Assembly (NCBI RefSeq): GCF_963921235.1
Contig: NC_086097.1
Coordinates: 154,196,001 to 154,260,000 of the forward strand
Direction: 5' to 3'
Source of the DNA: Mobula hypostoma
Taxonomy: Eukaryota
Length of the DNA stretch: 64,000 nucleotides
In this document: in pieces, positions 52,543 to 64,000 of the stretch
Layout of the letters: each line of letters begins with the position of its first letter
Numbering within the stretch: position 1 is the first letter of the stretch
Program-made: the position numbers and the translations under genes
Notes under the pieces: model-generated
The model's input: the letters and a program-made list of their open reading frames with translations, nothing else
The model's database searches: none
Told to the model about the DNA's origin: nothing

Positions 52543-54255
52543 TGTTATGATTTGTAATTCCAAAGCGTAAAAACTAATTGAAAAGAAAGCAAGGGAGCCA
52601 GTAATGTGAGTTTAGCTTCATTTTTTTTTACTTTAAGCGAGACATGTATGTATGACTCGGTAGCATCATGATGTATGTAATTCACTTATTTTTACATATA
52701 ACCCATAATTAATTATTTAAACAAACAAGAACAATGAATCAAACAATACATTTACAATATTGCTCAAATACTACTAAAATATTAAATACGCAACACTCCT
52801 CCCTGCTTAGCTACAAACTCCAACTCAATATAGAATGCATCTCAACTATATACATGCAATACGCTGTAAGGTTTCACTGCTGATGTAATGGCTTTTCTGC
52901 AGCAGCAATGTTTGGGTTATGACTAGAGATAACGGGGCTTTGGAACGTGGGGCTGTCCAATGAGAGGAATGTTGTTCTTTCTTGTGGGTCTGGGAGGAGG
53001 AACTTTGCGGTATTTTGCCGGGGAAAGATAAGAAGGGAAGACACGAATGAAGAGAGTTGGTAGACCGCCGGGTTGGAGTGGACTTGGAGCAAGGGTCTGA
53101 GGGTCAGCTATGATTGGAGAAGGTCGATGGGAAGCCAGTGGACTGAATTGTGAGGTCTAACGTTGCACATTAGACTGTTTCATGAGAATGGGCCCTTTTC
53201 TTTTTTTTGTTTCTTTACAATCAGATTAAGAATTATTAAGCTGGGTCACTTAATCACATATTGTGTAATGTTTGTTATTTTGTGCTACTGATTTGTAACA
53301 GGGGACACATCGCACAGCATCCACCCAAACGAGATTTCTAAGTTTGGCCGGGCTGATGGCTGTCTTCCCCTATATTAAGCCGCTAGTCGAACTGAGAGTT
53401 ACATACACAATATGTACTATATAACACAACTATTATATAGACATTCACAGACCAGTAACTTTTAAACTGCCCCATTCAGGCCTAAAGATTTAATTGCTGT
53501 AAAGGATTTCTTACTCTTGTGGGATAACATCGTTCCTGACAAGGGACGTCACTCTGCTTTACAGGAGACACTTGTGGCTGTGAAAAAGTCTCAGGTTCTG
53601 GGGTCTCTTCCTAGGTAATTGTAGAAGTTAACTCTAGACCGCAGGAATGGGCTCTGACAGCTCTGGCCACCTTTCCTCTCAATGTGTTGCTATCCTGCAC
53701 AGTGCATGGCGAGCTTAACTGGGCAATGAGGATCATAATTTGAGAGCACAGTGTCTGACGTCACCATTTCCTTTACCTTTTTGAAAGCCATCTCACATTA
53801 CTTTGTCCTTTGCCATATTCAAGGAGTGGAACAGAGTAGCCAGATTTAGCAGGAAGCTGTTATAGTAATTGACAAGTCCTAAAAAGGACCACAATTGTGA
53901 CACATCCTTTGCCCTTGGGGCATCCACCTCAGCACAATTATATAATTCTTGAGCATTACTGGTGTGACCACAGTAAGTAACATTTGGTTTCAAGAATTCA
54001 CATTTCTTGTGTCATGCACTGAGCCCATAATCTTCTAACCTTTTTAACACTGTCTTCAGATTTTGGAGACTTTACTTGTTGTCCTTAGCAGTAACAATGA
54101 GTGCCTGGGCAACCTTGCAATACCTGGTCCATCGTTTTTCTGCCAAAGTGCAGTTGCAAATACTACTCCAAAAATAAGCCTATTATAGCAAGAAAAAGCC
54201 CTTTACAAGTGTTTCTGGTGAGAAACACTTTGGACTCTTCTTCCATTTCATCTCT
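52543..54255 (-). mobile_element. Second Gypsy element remnant: 3' LTR (52543-52795), PPT and deleted pol fragments
   Basis: TGTT...AACA termini. On the minus strand, AAGCAGGGAGGAG abuts the LTR. RT remnants YNRLIFGV...WQKTMDQVLQG, VLKRLEDYGL and SFLGLVNYYNSF. Confidence 0.82.
52865..53403. mobile_element. Solo LTR (539 bp) nested in the second Gypsy remnant
   Basis: TGTAA...TTACA termini with 5-bp flanks TACGC / TACAC. Confidence 0.72.
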
Positions 54256-54259
54256 AGTT

Positions 54260-55610
54260 AGGCAATCACAGTAAATACAAGAAACATAATCGAATAAATG
54301 AAAGAATGCAACCAACAGGATTGACGAACAACCAATGTGGGAAAAAACAACAAACTATGCAAATACAGAAATAAATAAATAAGCAATAAATATCGAGAAC
54401 ACAACATGAAGCATCCTTGAAAGTGAGTCCCTAGGTCAAGGGAACAATTCAGTTTTGTGGCGAGTGAAGTTATCCCTTCTGGTTCAGGAGCCTGATGGTT
54501 GAGGGTTAATAACTCTTCCTGAACCTGGTGGTGCAGATCCTGAAGCTCCTGTACCTTCATACTGATGACAGTAGTGAGAAGAGAACATGGCCTGGATGGT
54601 GGGGGTCTGTGATGATGGATGCTGCTTTCCTGTGTCCGTTCTCCGTGTAAATATGCTCAATAGTGGAGAAGACTATACCCATGATGGACAGGGCCATATC
54701 CACTACTTTCAGTAGATTTTTCCATACAAGGGCATTAGTGATTCGGTATCAGGCCATGATGCAACCAGTCAATATACATATCTACAGAAATTCAACAAAG
54801 TTATAGATGTCATGCCGAATCTTCACCAACTTTTAAGGACGTAGAGGTGATGCTGTGCTGAGCCCAAGACAGGTCCTTCAGTGATAACACTGAGGAATTT
54901 AATGTTGTTGATTCCCCCAATGAGGTCTCTTCATTGACTTTTAGTTTCCTCCTGTAGTCAATAATTGTGTGAGAGGTTGTTATTGTGGCATCACAGACAG
55001 GTTTTCAATTTTCTTCCAAAATGCTGATTCATCACCACCTTTGATTTGACCAGCAACAGTGGTGTCATCAGCAAACTTAAATATGGCACTGGAGCTGTGC
55101 TTAACCACACAGTCATAAGTGTCGAGTGAGTAGAGCGGTGGGGTGGTGGGGGCGGTTAAGTCTTGTGGTGCACTTGTGTACTGATGGAAATTATGCAGAT
55201 GTCATTGCCAATTTGAATTGAGGTCTACAAATGAGAAAATCAAGGATCCAGTTGCTCAAGGGCGTATTGAGGCCTAGGTCTTCAAGCTTATTGATTAGAT
55301 TTGAGGGGATGTTAGTGCTGAATATCAAGCTGTAGTTAAACAAAGAGCATCCCGATGAATGGATCTTTACCGTCCCGATGTTCCAGGGGCGAGTGAAGAA
55401 CAAATGACATGGCACCTGCTGTGGGCCAGTTGCTCCGGTAGGCAAACAACAGTGGATCTAAGTCACTTCTCAGGCAGGAGGTGATATGTTTCAGCACCAA
55501 GCTCTCAGAACATTTCATCACAGCTGATGTAAGTGCTACTGGACGATAGTCATTCAGGCAGGTTACATTCTTCTTAGGCACCAGTATAACTGAAGCCTGC
55601 TTGAAGCAGA
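54260..55610 (-). mobile_element. Rex1/Babar LINE RT and 3' region
   Basis: CLNDYRPVALTSAVMKC...LDPLLFAYR and WILDFL. Confidence 0.85.
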
Positions 55611-56769
55611 TAACCATAAGTAAATTTGCCAATCTTGCATGCAAAACATGCTTAAGAAGACAGAATTAGTCAATTTACCCTTGCCTATACATGAAAAAGA
55701 ATGTTAAACAAAAAACAAATCAACAATGTTTATGGAATACTTGTAACTGTGTTTCAACCCAGTCAACTACAGTATTTGAAAGTTACAAACTATTTTAATA
55801 GACTGTATATTTAAATAATGATCGTTCTCTTCTGAAAACTGACGAATAGATGATAGGCATTTTGGTCAGATTATAAACTGAGGGTTTCAAATACTTTATG
55901 CAACTGAGAGGGAAGTACATTTTGAAACATAGAAGATTTGGAAATAGTATGACAAAGGCTTGAGGCAATACTGTGAATGCAATGTGAAAGCTGTGCATTG
56001 ACACAATGCCTTAGATAATCTCAAATTAGTCCAAAGCACATCACATCTGATGAATTACTTTCGAAGTATCTGCCCTGATTACAAATGATGCCCAAAAAAA
56101 GAAGCTGCATATAGAGAATCCAGTGGTATGAAAGCTGGACAATTTTAATGACAGCTCTTCATTGAAAACAGAATTCCCCAGTGCAACATCAGGCAACTTC
56201 ATTGGTGAGTGTGAGTGGAAATCTGGTAGTGGGGGCAGCTGTCAGGGATTGAGGTCTAGCTGGATAAATCCTTAGACTAACAATATACTATTAACTACCT
56301 ACAGTAAGATCATAAGACATAGGAGCAGAATTAGGCCATTTAGCCCAGCAAGTCTGCCCCACCATTGCATCATGGCTGATCCCAGATCCCATTCAACCCA
56401 GAAAAAAATTGTGTACTAACAGAAAAAAAAAATTGGATAATATTAATCATATTTGAAATCACAGCATCAAGTACTATTTTATTCTTGGGAAATAGAAGTT
56501 GATATATGTTATCAAACATTACGGAGAAACTACCTCAATAAACTAAATCACATCCAATTACACTGTATATACACTTGGAATATCTGTTTGGTTTTACAAG
56601 TTCAAGATCTATTTTAAAGTTGAAGAGCAAAAATATTCTAAAATATCAGGATTTCTTAAAAAATTATTTTCTTTTTTAAAGAAATTTGGTTAGATGCAAA
56701 GATTTTCAAAATGGTACAAGGCTGCTACATTCTTCAAACTCCAGTGAGTACAGGGACAGGGCCATCAAA

Positions 56770-59700
56770 TGCTCCTCTTATGTTCCTCTAGGAACTCTCT
56801 CATTCCTAGGATCATTCTCGTGAACCTCCTCTGGACTCTCTCCAATGGCAGTGCATACTTTCTTAGATAAGGGGCCCAAAACTGCTCACCATACTCCAAT
56901 ACTCAGAACTGATCACTTGACCACACATTGGTCAAGTGTAGTCTGACCAACGACTTACAAAGCCTCAGCATATTCTGAGCAAGATCTCTGAGGACTTAAC
57001 ATGGTGCCAACAGCTATAAAAAAAAAGGCACCACAGCCGCTATATTTTATTAGGAATTTGAGGAGATTTGGATTGTCAACTCAAACACTCGAAAACTTCT
57101 ATAGATGTACCATGGAGAGCATTCAGACAGGCTGCATCACTGTCTAGTATGGGAGGTGGCAGTGGGGTGCTACTGCACGGAACTAAAAGAAGCTACAGAA
57201 AGTCATAAAATTAGTCAGCACTATCTTCAATACTAGCCACTGTAGTACCCATGACATCTTCAAGGAATGGTGCCTCAGAAAGGCAACATGCATTATTACG
57301 GACCCCCATCACCCACAGCATGCTTTCTTCTCATTGTTACCATCAGGAAGGAGGTACAGAAGCCTGAAGGAACACACTGAGCAATACAGCAACAGCTTCT
57401 TCCCCTCTGCCATAGGATTTTTAAATGGACATTGAACCCATGAACACTACCTTACATTTTTATATATATATTATTTGTTTTTGCAATTTTTTAAAATCTA
57501 TTCAATACACATATATACAGTATACTTACTGTAATTGTTTTTTTTCCATTCTATATTATCGTGTATTGCATTGAACTGTTGTTGGTAAGTTAACAAATTT
57601 CACAACACATGCCAGTGATAAAAAAAAACCTAATTCCGATTCTTTGTTAAACAACACACACAAAATGCTGGTGAACGCAGCAAGCCAGGCAGCATCTATA
57701 GGAAGAAGTACAGTCGACATTTCGGGTCAAGACCCTTCGTGAGGACTAACGGAAAAAAGAGATAGTAAAAGATTTGAAATTGGGGGGGGGGATGGGGAGA
57801 CCTGAAATGATAGGAGAAGATAGGAGGGGGAGGGATGAAGCTAAGAGCTGGGAAGTTGATTAGCAATAGGGATACAAGGCTGGAGAAGGGGGATTATCAT
57901 AGGACGGAGGGCCTTGGAAGAAAGAAAAGGGGAGGGGAGCACCAGAGGAAGATGGAGAACAGGCAAGGAGTTATTGTGAGAGGGAAAGAGAGAGAAAAAA
58001 ATAAAAATTAGGGCTGGGGTAAGAAGGGGAGGAGGGGCATTAACGGAAGTTAGAGAAATCAATGTTCATGCCTTCACTGATTCTTTGTTTTTGTTTTCTA
58101 GTCCTCTCGAAATGAATGCTAACATTGCATTTGCCTTCCTAACCAACTACTCAACATGCAAGCTAAACTTTTGGGGTTCTTCATGCAAGGTTTCCAGGTC
58201 CCTCTGCACCTCTGATTTTTGAATGCTGTCCCTACTTACAAGATAGTCTAAACCTTTATTCCTTCTGCAAAAATGCATGACCATGCACTTCCCTATATCA
58301 CAAGCAAGAGAAAATCTGCAGATGCTGGAAATGCAAGCAACACACACAAAATACTGGAGCAACCCATCAGGGCAAGCCCAAAGCATCAACTGTGCTTTTT
58401 TCCATAGATGCTGCCTGGCCTGATGAGTTCCTCCAGGATTTTGTGTGTGTTGCTCACTTCCCAACATAATATTCCTTCTACCACTTCTTTACCTACTCCT
58501 ACAATCTGTCTAAGTCCTTCTGAAGACACCCTCTTTCTCAACATTACATGCTTTCATATCATTGCAAATTAGGCCACAAAGCTAACAATTCCTTCATCCA
58601 AATCACTGACATACAATGTAAAGAGAAGCAGTCCCAACGTAGACTCCTGCGTCACACCACTTGTCAGTGGCAGCCAACCATAAAAAGCCTGCATTATTCC
58701 CATTCTTTGCCTCCTGCCAGTGAACAACCTTCTAACCATTCTAGTACCCTTCCACTATACAATTGGCTCTCATTTTGTTCAGGATTCTCATGCATTCATC
58801 TTAACAAAGGTTTTCTGAAGATCCAAGCAAATAACATCCACTGACAACAAAAACAACAGGAATTCTGCAGATGCTGGAAATTCAAGCAACATACATCAAA
58901 GTTGCTGGTGAACGCAGCAGGCCAAGCAGCATCTATAGGAAGAGGCGCAGTCGACGTTTCAGGCCGAGACCCTTCGTCAGGACTAACTGAAGGAAGAGAC
59001 TGAACTGAAGGACTAACTGAACATCCACTGACTCTCCTTTGTCTACCCTACTGGTCATTTCATCAATGAATACCAACAGATTTGTCAGTTAATATTTCCC
59101 CTTATTGGCCTCCAAGCACCCTGAAACCTCACCTTAACAATTGACTCCAACATCTTCCCAACCACTGATGTCAGACCAACTGGCCTATAAGTTCCTTTCT
59201 CCTGCCTCCCTCCCTTCTTAAAGAATGGAGTGACATTTGCAATTTCTCTGTCCTCCAAAACCATTCCAGAATCTAGTGATTCTTGAAAGATCATTACTAT
59301 CGTGCCTCCACAATCATTTCGGCTACCTTGTGCAGAACACTGGGGTATAGTCCATCTGGTCCAGGTGACTTATCTATCTTCAGACTTTTCAACTTCACAA
59401 GCACCTTCTCCTTACTAATAGCAACAATGCTCATGTCTGCACCCTGACTCTCCCACATTTCTTGTATTCTGCTTGTTTCTTCTGATGCAAACTACTTGTT
59501 AAGTTCCTCCACCGTTTATATATTCCCATTACTACTTCTCCAGCAACATTTTCTAGTGGTCTTCTGTCCATTCTTGTCTCTCTTTTACTCCTTAAATATC
59601 TGAGAAAACCTTTTGTATCCTCTTTTAAGTTACTGGTTAATTCACCTTCATATTTAATCTTTTCTCTCTTTATGGTTTTTTGTTGCCTTCTAGTGGTTTT

Positions 59701-60945
59701 TAAAAGCTTTGTAAACCTCTAACTTCCCACTATTTTTTGCGATATTATATTCACTCACTTTAGCTTTTATGCTGTCTTTGACTTCCCTTGTCAGCCACAG
59801 TTTTCTCCTCCTCCCTTTAGAATACTCCTTCTTTAGGTGTGTACTTCCTGCACTTTCCAAAGAAGCACCACCCATTGCTGTTCCTCCATCCATTGTGGTA
59901 GCGTTCCCTTTCAATCAACTTTGACCAGCTCCTCTCTCATGTGTCTCAAATTTCCACTACTGTAAAACTGATATATCCTGGTTTTAGCTTCTCCTTCTCA
60001 AACTACAGAGTGAATTAGAAAAATAAGAGGGCTATGGGTAAACCTAGTAATTTCTAAGGTAGGGACATGTTTGGCACAACTTTGTGGGCCGAAGGGCCTG
60101 TATTGTGCTGTAGGTTTTCTATGTTTCTATGTTTCTATGAATTGTATCATATGACCACTCTCTCCTAAGGATTCCTTTACCTTAAGCTTCCTAATCAAAT
60201 CTGGGTCATTACATGATACCCAATCCAGAACTATCTTTCCCCTGGTTGGTTCAATGACAAGCTGCACTAAAAAGTCATCTCATAAATATTCTACAACTTC
60301 CCTGTCTTGGGATCCAGTACCAACTGGATTTTCTCAATGTACGTGCACATTGAAATCCCCCATGATTATTGTAATATTGCCCTTTTGCCATGCATCTTCT
60401 ATCTCCCATTTTATACAATTCCCATCAGGGTCTTTTTATGCTAGCAATTCCTTAAATCTATCCATAAAGATTTTACATCTTCTGATTATACATCCCATCT
60501 TTCTAAGGATTTGATAACATTCTTTACCAACAGTGCCACCCCATCCCCTCTGCCTACCTGCCTGTCCTTTGGTTACAATGTGTAACCTTGGATGTTAAAC
60601 TCCCAACTATAAACTTCTCTCAGTTAGGATTCAGAGATGTCCACATCAGACACAAATCAGAGATGCCCACAACGTCAAACCTGCCAATCTCTAACTGTGC
60701 TACAAAATCATCCACCTTATTGTGTACACTGCCCATTCAAATACAACACCTGCAGTTCTGCATTCATCACCCTTTTTGATTTTGGCCCACTGTTACACCT
60801 TAACTCATCAAACTGACAGCAACGTTGCTCTATCGTCTGTTTATCCTTCCTCACATTCTCATTACACACTGCATCTACGTGTATAACAACTGACCATCCT
60901 CTGTCTTATCACTCCAGTTTCCATTCCCCTGACAAATTAAGTTCA
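56770..60945 (-). mobile_element. Old CR1 ORF2 fragmented by nested Rex1 (+, ~56975-57642), Penelope pieces (57650-58075, 58299-58454, 58846-59019) and a CR1 tail (+, ~60015-60140)
   Basis: Colinear CR1 motifs (IFQESLDSGMV...YRPVGLTSVVGKMLES; WLTREVK). Nested inserts have TSDs such as aacatccactgac twice and cacttccc.a.at twice. Confidence 0.8.
58948..58985 (-). ncRNA. Minimal type I hammerhead ribozyme motif in a Penelope terminal repeat (best-preserved copy)
   Basis: Minus strand reads tagtc-CTGACGA-agggtctcggcct-GAAA-cg-TC-gactg: intact core boxes, stem I agtc/gact, a short stem II and a minimal stem III. Confidence 0.75.
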
Positions 60946-63149
60946 ATAGGTAGCAGTGATTGGCTTTCTTCAACAAGTTTTGCCTCCATTTTATTGTGAA
61001 GCAAATTAATATAAATTCTTGAAGCAGCAGGCTGATGAAAACAGAACCACCTTCCAGGTCACATACCATTCTGATACTGAAAATATTTAGGTAGCATCCC
61101 AACATCACTATGCTGTGGTAGTGCATTCAATCATGAAGTGTTACAGTTCTAAAAAGCAGCTCATCATCAATCTTATAAGCAATTAACAATGAGTGATAAC
61201 TGCTGCCCTTGCCAATGGAACACAAAACACATCGATGAATGAAAACAATCTTGTGTCAAAACTGTGTTACTAAGCACATTGTTTGCCAATTTCAGTTCTT
61301 ATTTCTGCCAGCCAGAGCAGAAGACTCTTGCTTGAGCTTTTAGAGTGCAGTAGAGACACAGTTTTTTAAGCCCACTGATCCATACTGACCATTAAGCACC
61401 CACTTACACTTATCCCGCACCATCCCCATTTTCTTTGAGGCCCAAAGTTCAAACCCATGTCTGACGAGTCCTTGGGTTGATACCGAGAGGTCGACAAAAA
61501 ATGAAGGGCAAAGCTGGAGGGTCAAAGTCCAGAACATGGTGAGTTCTGAGGTAGAAAAGCCTGAAAAGTCAAAGACCGAAGTCAGTGAGTCTGGTGGGCA
61601 AGTCTGTGAGCCGGGCCAGAGACTGGAGGACGGAGACCTGATGTATGCAAGTTCAGGACCCTAGACCAGAGACTGGAATTTGGAAACCCAAATTCTGAAA
61701 ATTTGAGAGTCTAGGGACAAGGACTTGAGGCCTGGAGGCAGCCTGTCCTGGGACTGTAGTTTGTATGAGGGACTAGGGAAAGGGGCTTATTATGCTGTTT
61801 TTTGCTTTTTTTTTTGTTCTGAAGTTATTGATGTTGCTTGTTTGTTTTGTTGTGTTACACGCTGTGTTGTTGCATTGGACATTGTGGGTATCCACTGTTG
61901 GCGCCAGGATATGTGGCGGCATTTGCGGGCTGCCCCCAGCACATGCTTAGGTATTTTGGTCATTAATGCAATCAACACATTTCACTGTAAACTTTTATGT
62001 ATAAGCCATGAATTGATCTGAATCTGATCTTATTCTTCTCACTTTCCCATCATTCCACCACTCACCTACACATGAGGGGCAATTTATATTGGCCAACTAA
62101 CCTACCAAAATGCATTGGGATATGAAATAAAATCAAAGCATTAGAGGAAAGCACAAAGTTACAGGGGAAATGTGCATATTTCACATAAAGAGCAGTAAAA
62201 ATCAAGTCTGAATCCAGGTTACTGGAGCAATGAGGTTACAGTTTTCCTAGCCCCTCAGTGAACAAAGTAACACAATACCTTTATGATAGGTTAACTTCAT
62301 CCATCCACCTTTGTACGGAGGCTGAAAGAACACATTTCTCTGATTTTTTTGTTGGTCTAATATTCCTCAAAGTGATTTTATATTAATTTCTATCATTGAC
62401 ATCTCTTAATCTCAACTTCCTAATTACTTTACACGCCTGGTAGGTGTTCTGAGGAGGTAAGGTTAGTTTGTAATTTCCCACAAACAGATGGATTTGTATC
62501 AGATAGGGATAGAAAGACATCAAGAAAATTAAAGCAAAACTCTATTGTAACTAAGTAAAGCCAAGTCACACAGAAGCTGCAACTGGGAAAATATAAAAAC
62601 CTTTATTCATACAGCAAACCTCCAAAAGAGAATGAGTCCAGGAGAGTCTAAGAGAATCACTCTCTCCTGGCACAATGTTTTATAATTCTTCAATCCAAAG
62701 ATTACTATGAACTACAGTTTCAATTGCTATAATCACCTATATAATTTTAACATTTGGAATTTAGTCAAATGAATTTACAGAATTACATAGTTACAATAGT
62801 AGCACATCCCCAACCAGCAGAGCCTCTGAATAATCACCACTGGTGTCTGTTCCAAAAACCGCTGAATATAAACTGCAGACAGTCGTAATAATAACCCTTT
62901 TGTTGCACGTATTGGAAGATGGATAGACAACTAACCAGAAGGTCAAGAGACAAAACCCATCTGTCCTGATTTATGTCTTTAGTGGCAGGGATGTACCTTT
63001 AACAATGTTTTAATAGCAGAAACAATGTATTTCTCTGTGCAGTTTCAATGGGATAGAATCAGAATGTCCCCAACCCAATGATTCTTTTCATGAGCACAAA
63101 GTATGATCTGGAAGATGAAGATTTGTTAACAGCTTCTTTCCAAATTGTG

Positions 63150-63515
63150 ATAAGACTGCTGAACGGATCCTGACCCGGATCTGGGCCGTACCCTCCAAAT
63201 ATCCGGACCGGCCTCTCGGTTTTTTTGCACTACCTTACTTTCCATTTTTCTATTTTCTATTATGATTTATAATCTAAATTTATAATATTTACTATCGATT
63301 TGTAATCCGGGGAGCAGGAAGCGCAGAATCAAATATCGCTGTGATGATTGTACGTTCTAGTATAAATTGTTTGGCGACAATAAAGTATAAAGTGTCCAGG
63401 TTTTATTTCCTGAACAATGCACACAAAATGCTGGAGGAACTCAGCAGGTCAGGCAGCATCTATGGAAAACAGCAAGTTGTCGACATTTTGGGCCGAAATC
63501 CTTCATCAGGACTCT
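63150..63515. mobile_element. LINE 3' UTR (+, ~63150-63393; same tail at ~16955-17020) followed by a Penelope terminal repeat (-, ~63418-63515)
   Basis: Shared gaatc.aatatcgct.tgatgatt...gacaataaagtataaag tail; cacacaaaatgctggaggaactcagcagg. Confidence 0.65.
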
Positions 63516-64000
63516 TGTTTTAATTCCTGAAGACTGGTTCTTATTTTGGTTAAACCATAATTATGCTATCCACAATGTCATAATTGCAGAATGATCCCTA
63601 GCTAACTCAACTTGTCTCAAATCCACAAACCTTCAGTTTCAATAAAGGAAGGACAGACAGTCAACAATTAACATGGCCTCTCTTTGCATATATTTTAACC
63701 TGGAATATGATCTAAAAACACATAGACTGCCCATATAATTCCCAGCTCATGGATGCATTGGGTATGCTGTGCAATCAAGAACAGAACTTCAAACCACACA
63801 TTCAGCAAAGCCACCTGCAGAACTATTTTCATTCGCAAGGTCTCACATTAGTAACTCAGCCATGATGCAGCCCACATGTGACTTAAATAGAGATCAAGGC
63901 TTCCTCACACACTGGCTCAAACTTCAGAAGTGTTGCTGGCAAATTTTCTCTGGGTTTTGGTACTCATGATAACCACACCATGATTATCAGTTCTGTAAGT

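Noticed and set aside
1..64000. CRISPR arrays, prokaryotic operons, rRNA or tRNA genes
   Set aside because: This is eukaryotic repeat-rich DNA. The recurrent short repeats are dispersed Penelope termini, and the tRNA-like boxes belong to SINE heads.

Overview
Vertebrate genomic DNA, almost certainly from a cartilaginous fish and probably a ray (CR1, Rex1/Babar, Penelope and HE1/V-SINE-type repeats). The window appears to be intronic sequence of a minus-strand FAM135B-like gene, of which one 140-nt coding exon (30520-30659) is recognisable. Most of the rest is decayed transposons. The main result is a non-autonomous Gypsy (Mag-like) LTR retrotransposon at 11807-16654 with 223-bp LTRs, a tRNA-Ser PBS and a PPT. 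Its RT/RNase H/integrase region is replaced by two intronless host cDNA fragments: SUDS3 in sense, with its ATG in frame with Gag-protease, and RNF213 in antisense. The element sits inside an inverted Penelope insertion and was later interrupted by a CR1. Penelope termini across the window carry minimal hammerhead ribozyme motifs. Gene and family names come from my recall of protein sequences, not from database searches, and most repeat boundaries are approximate.
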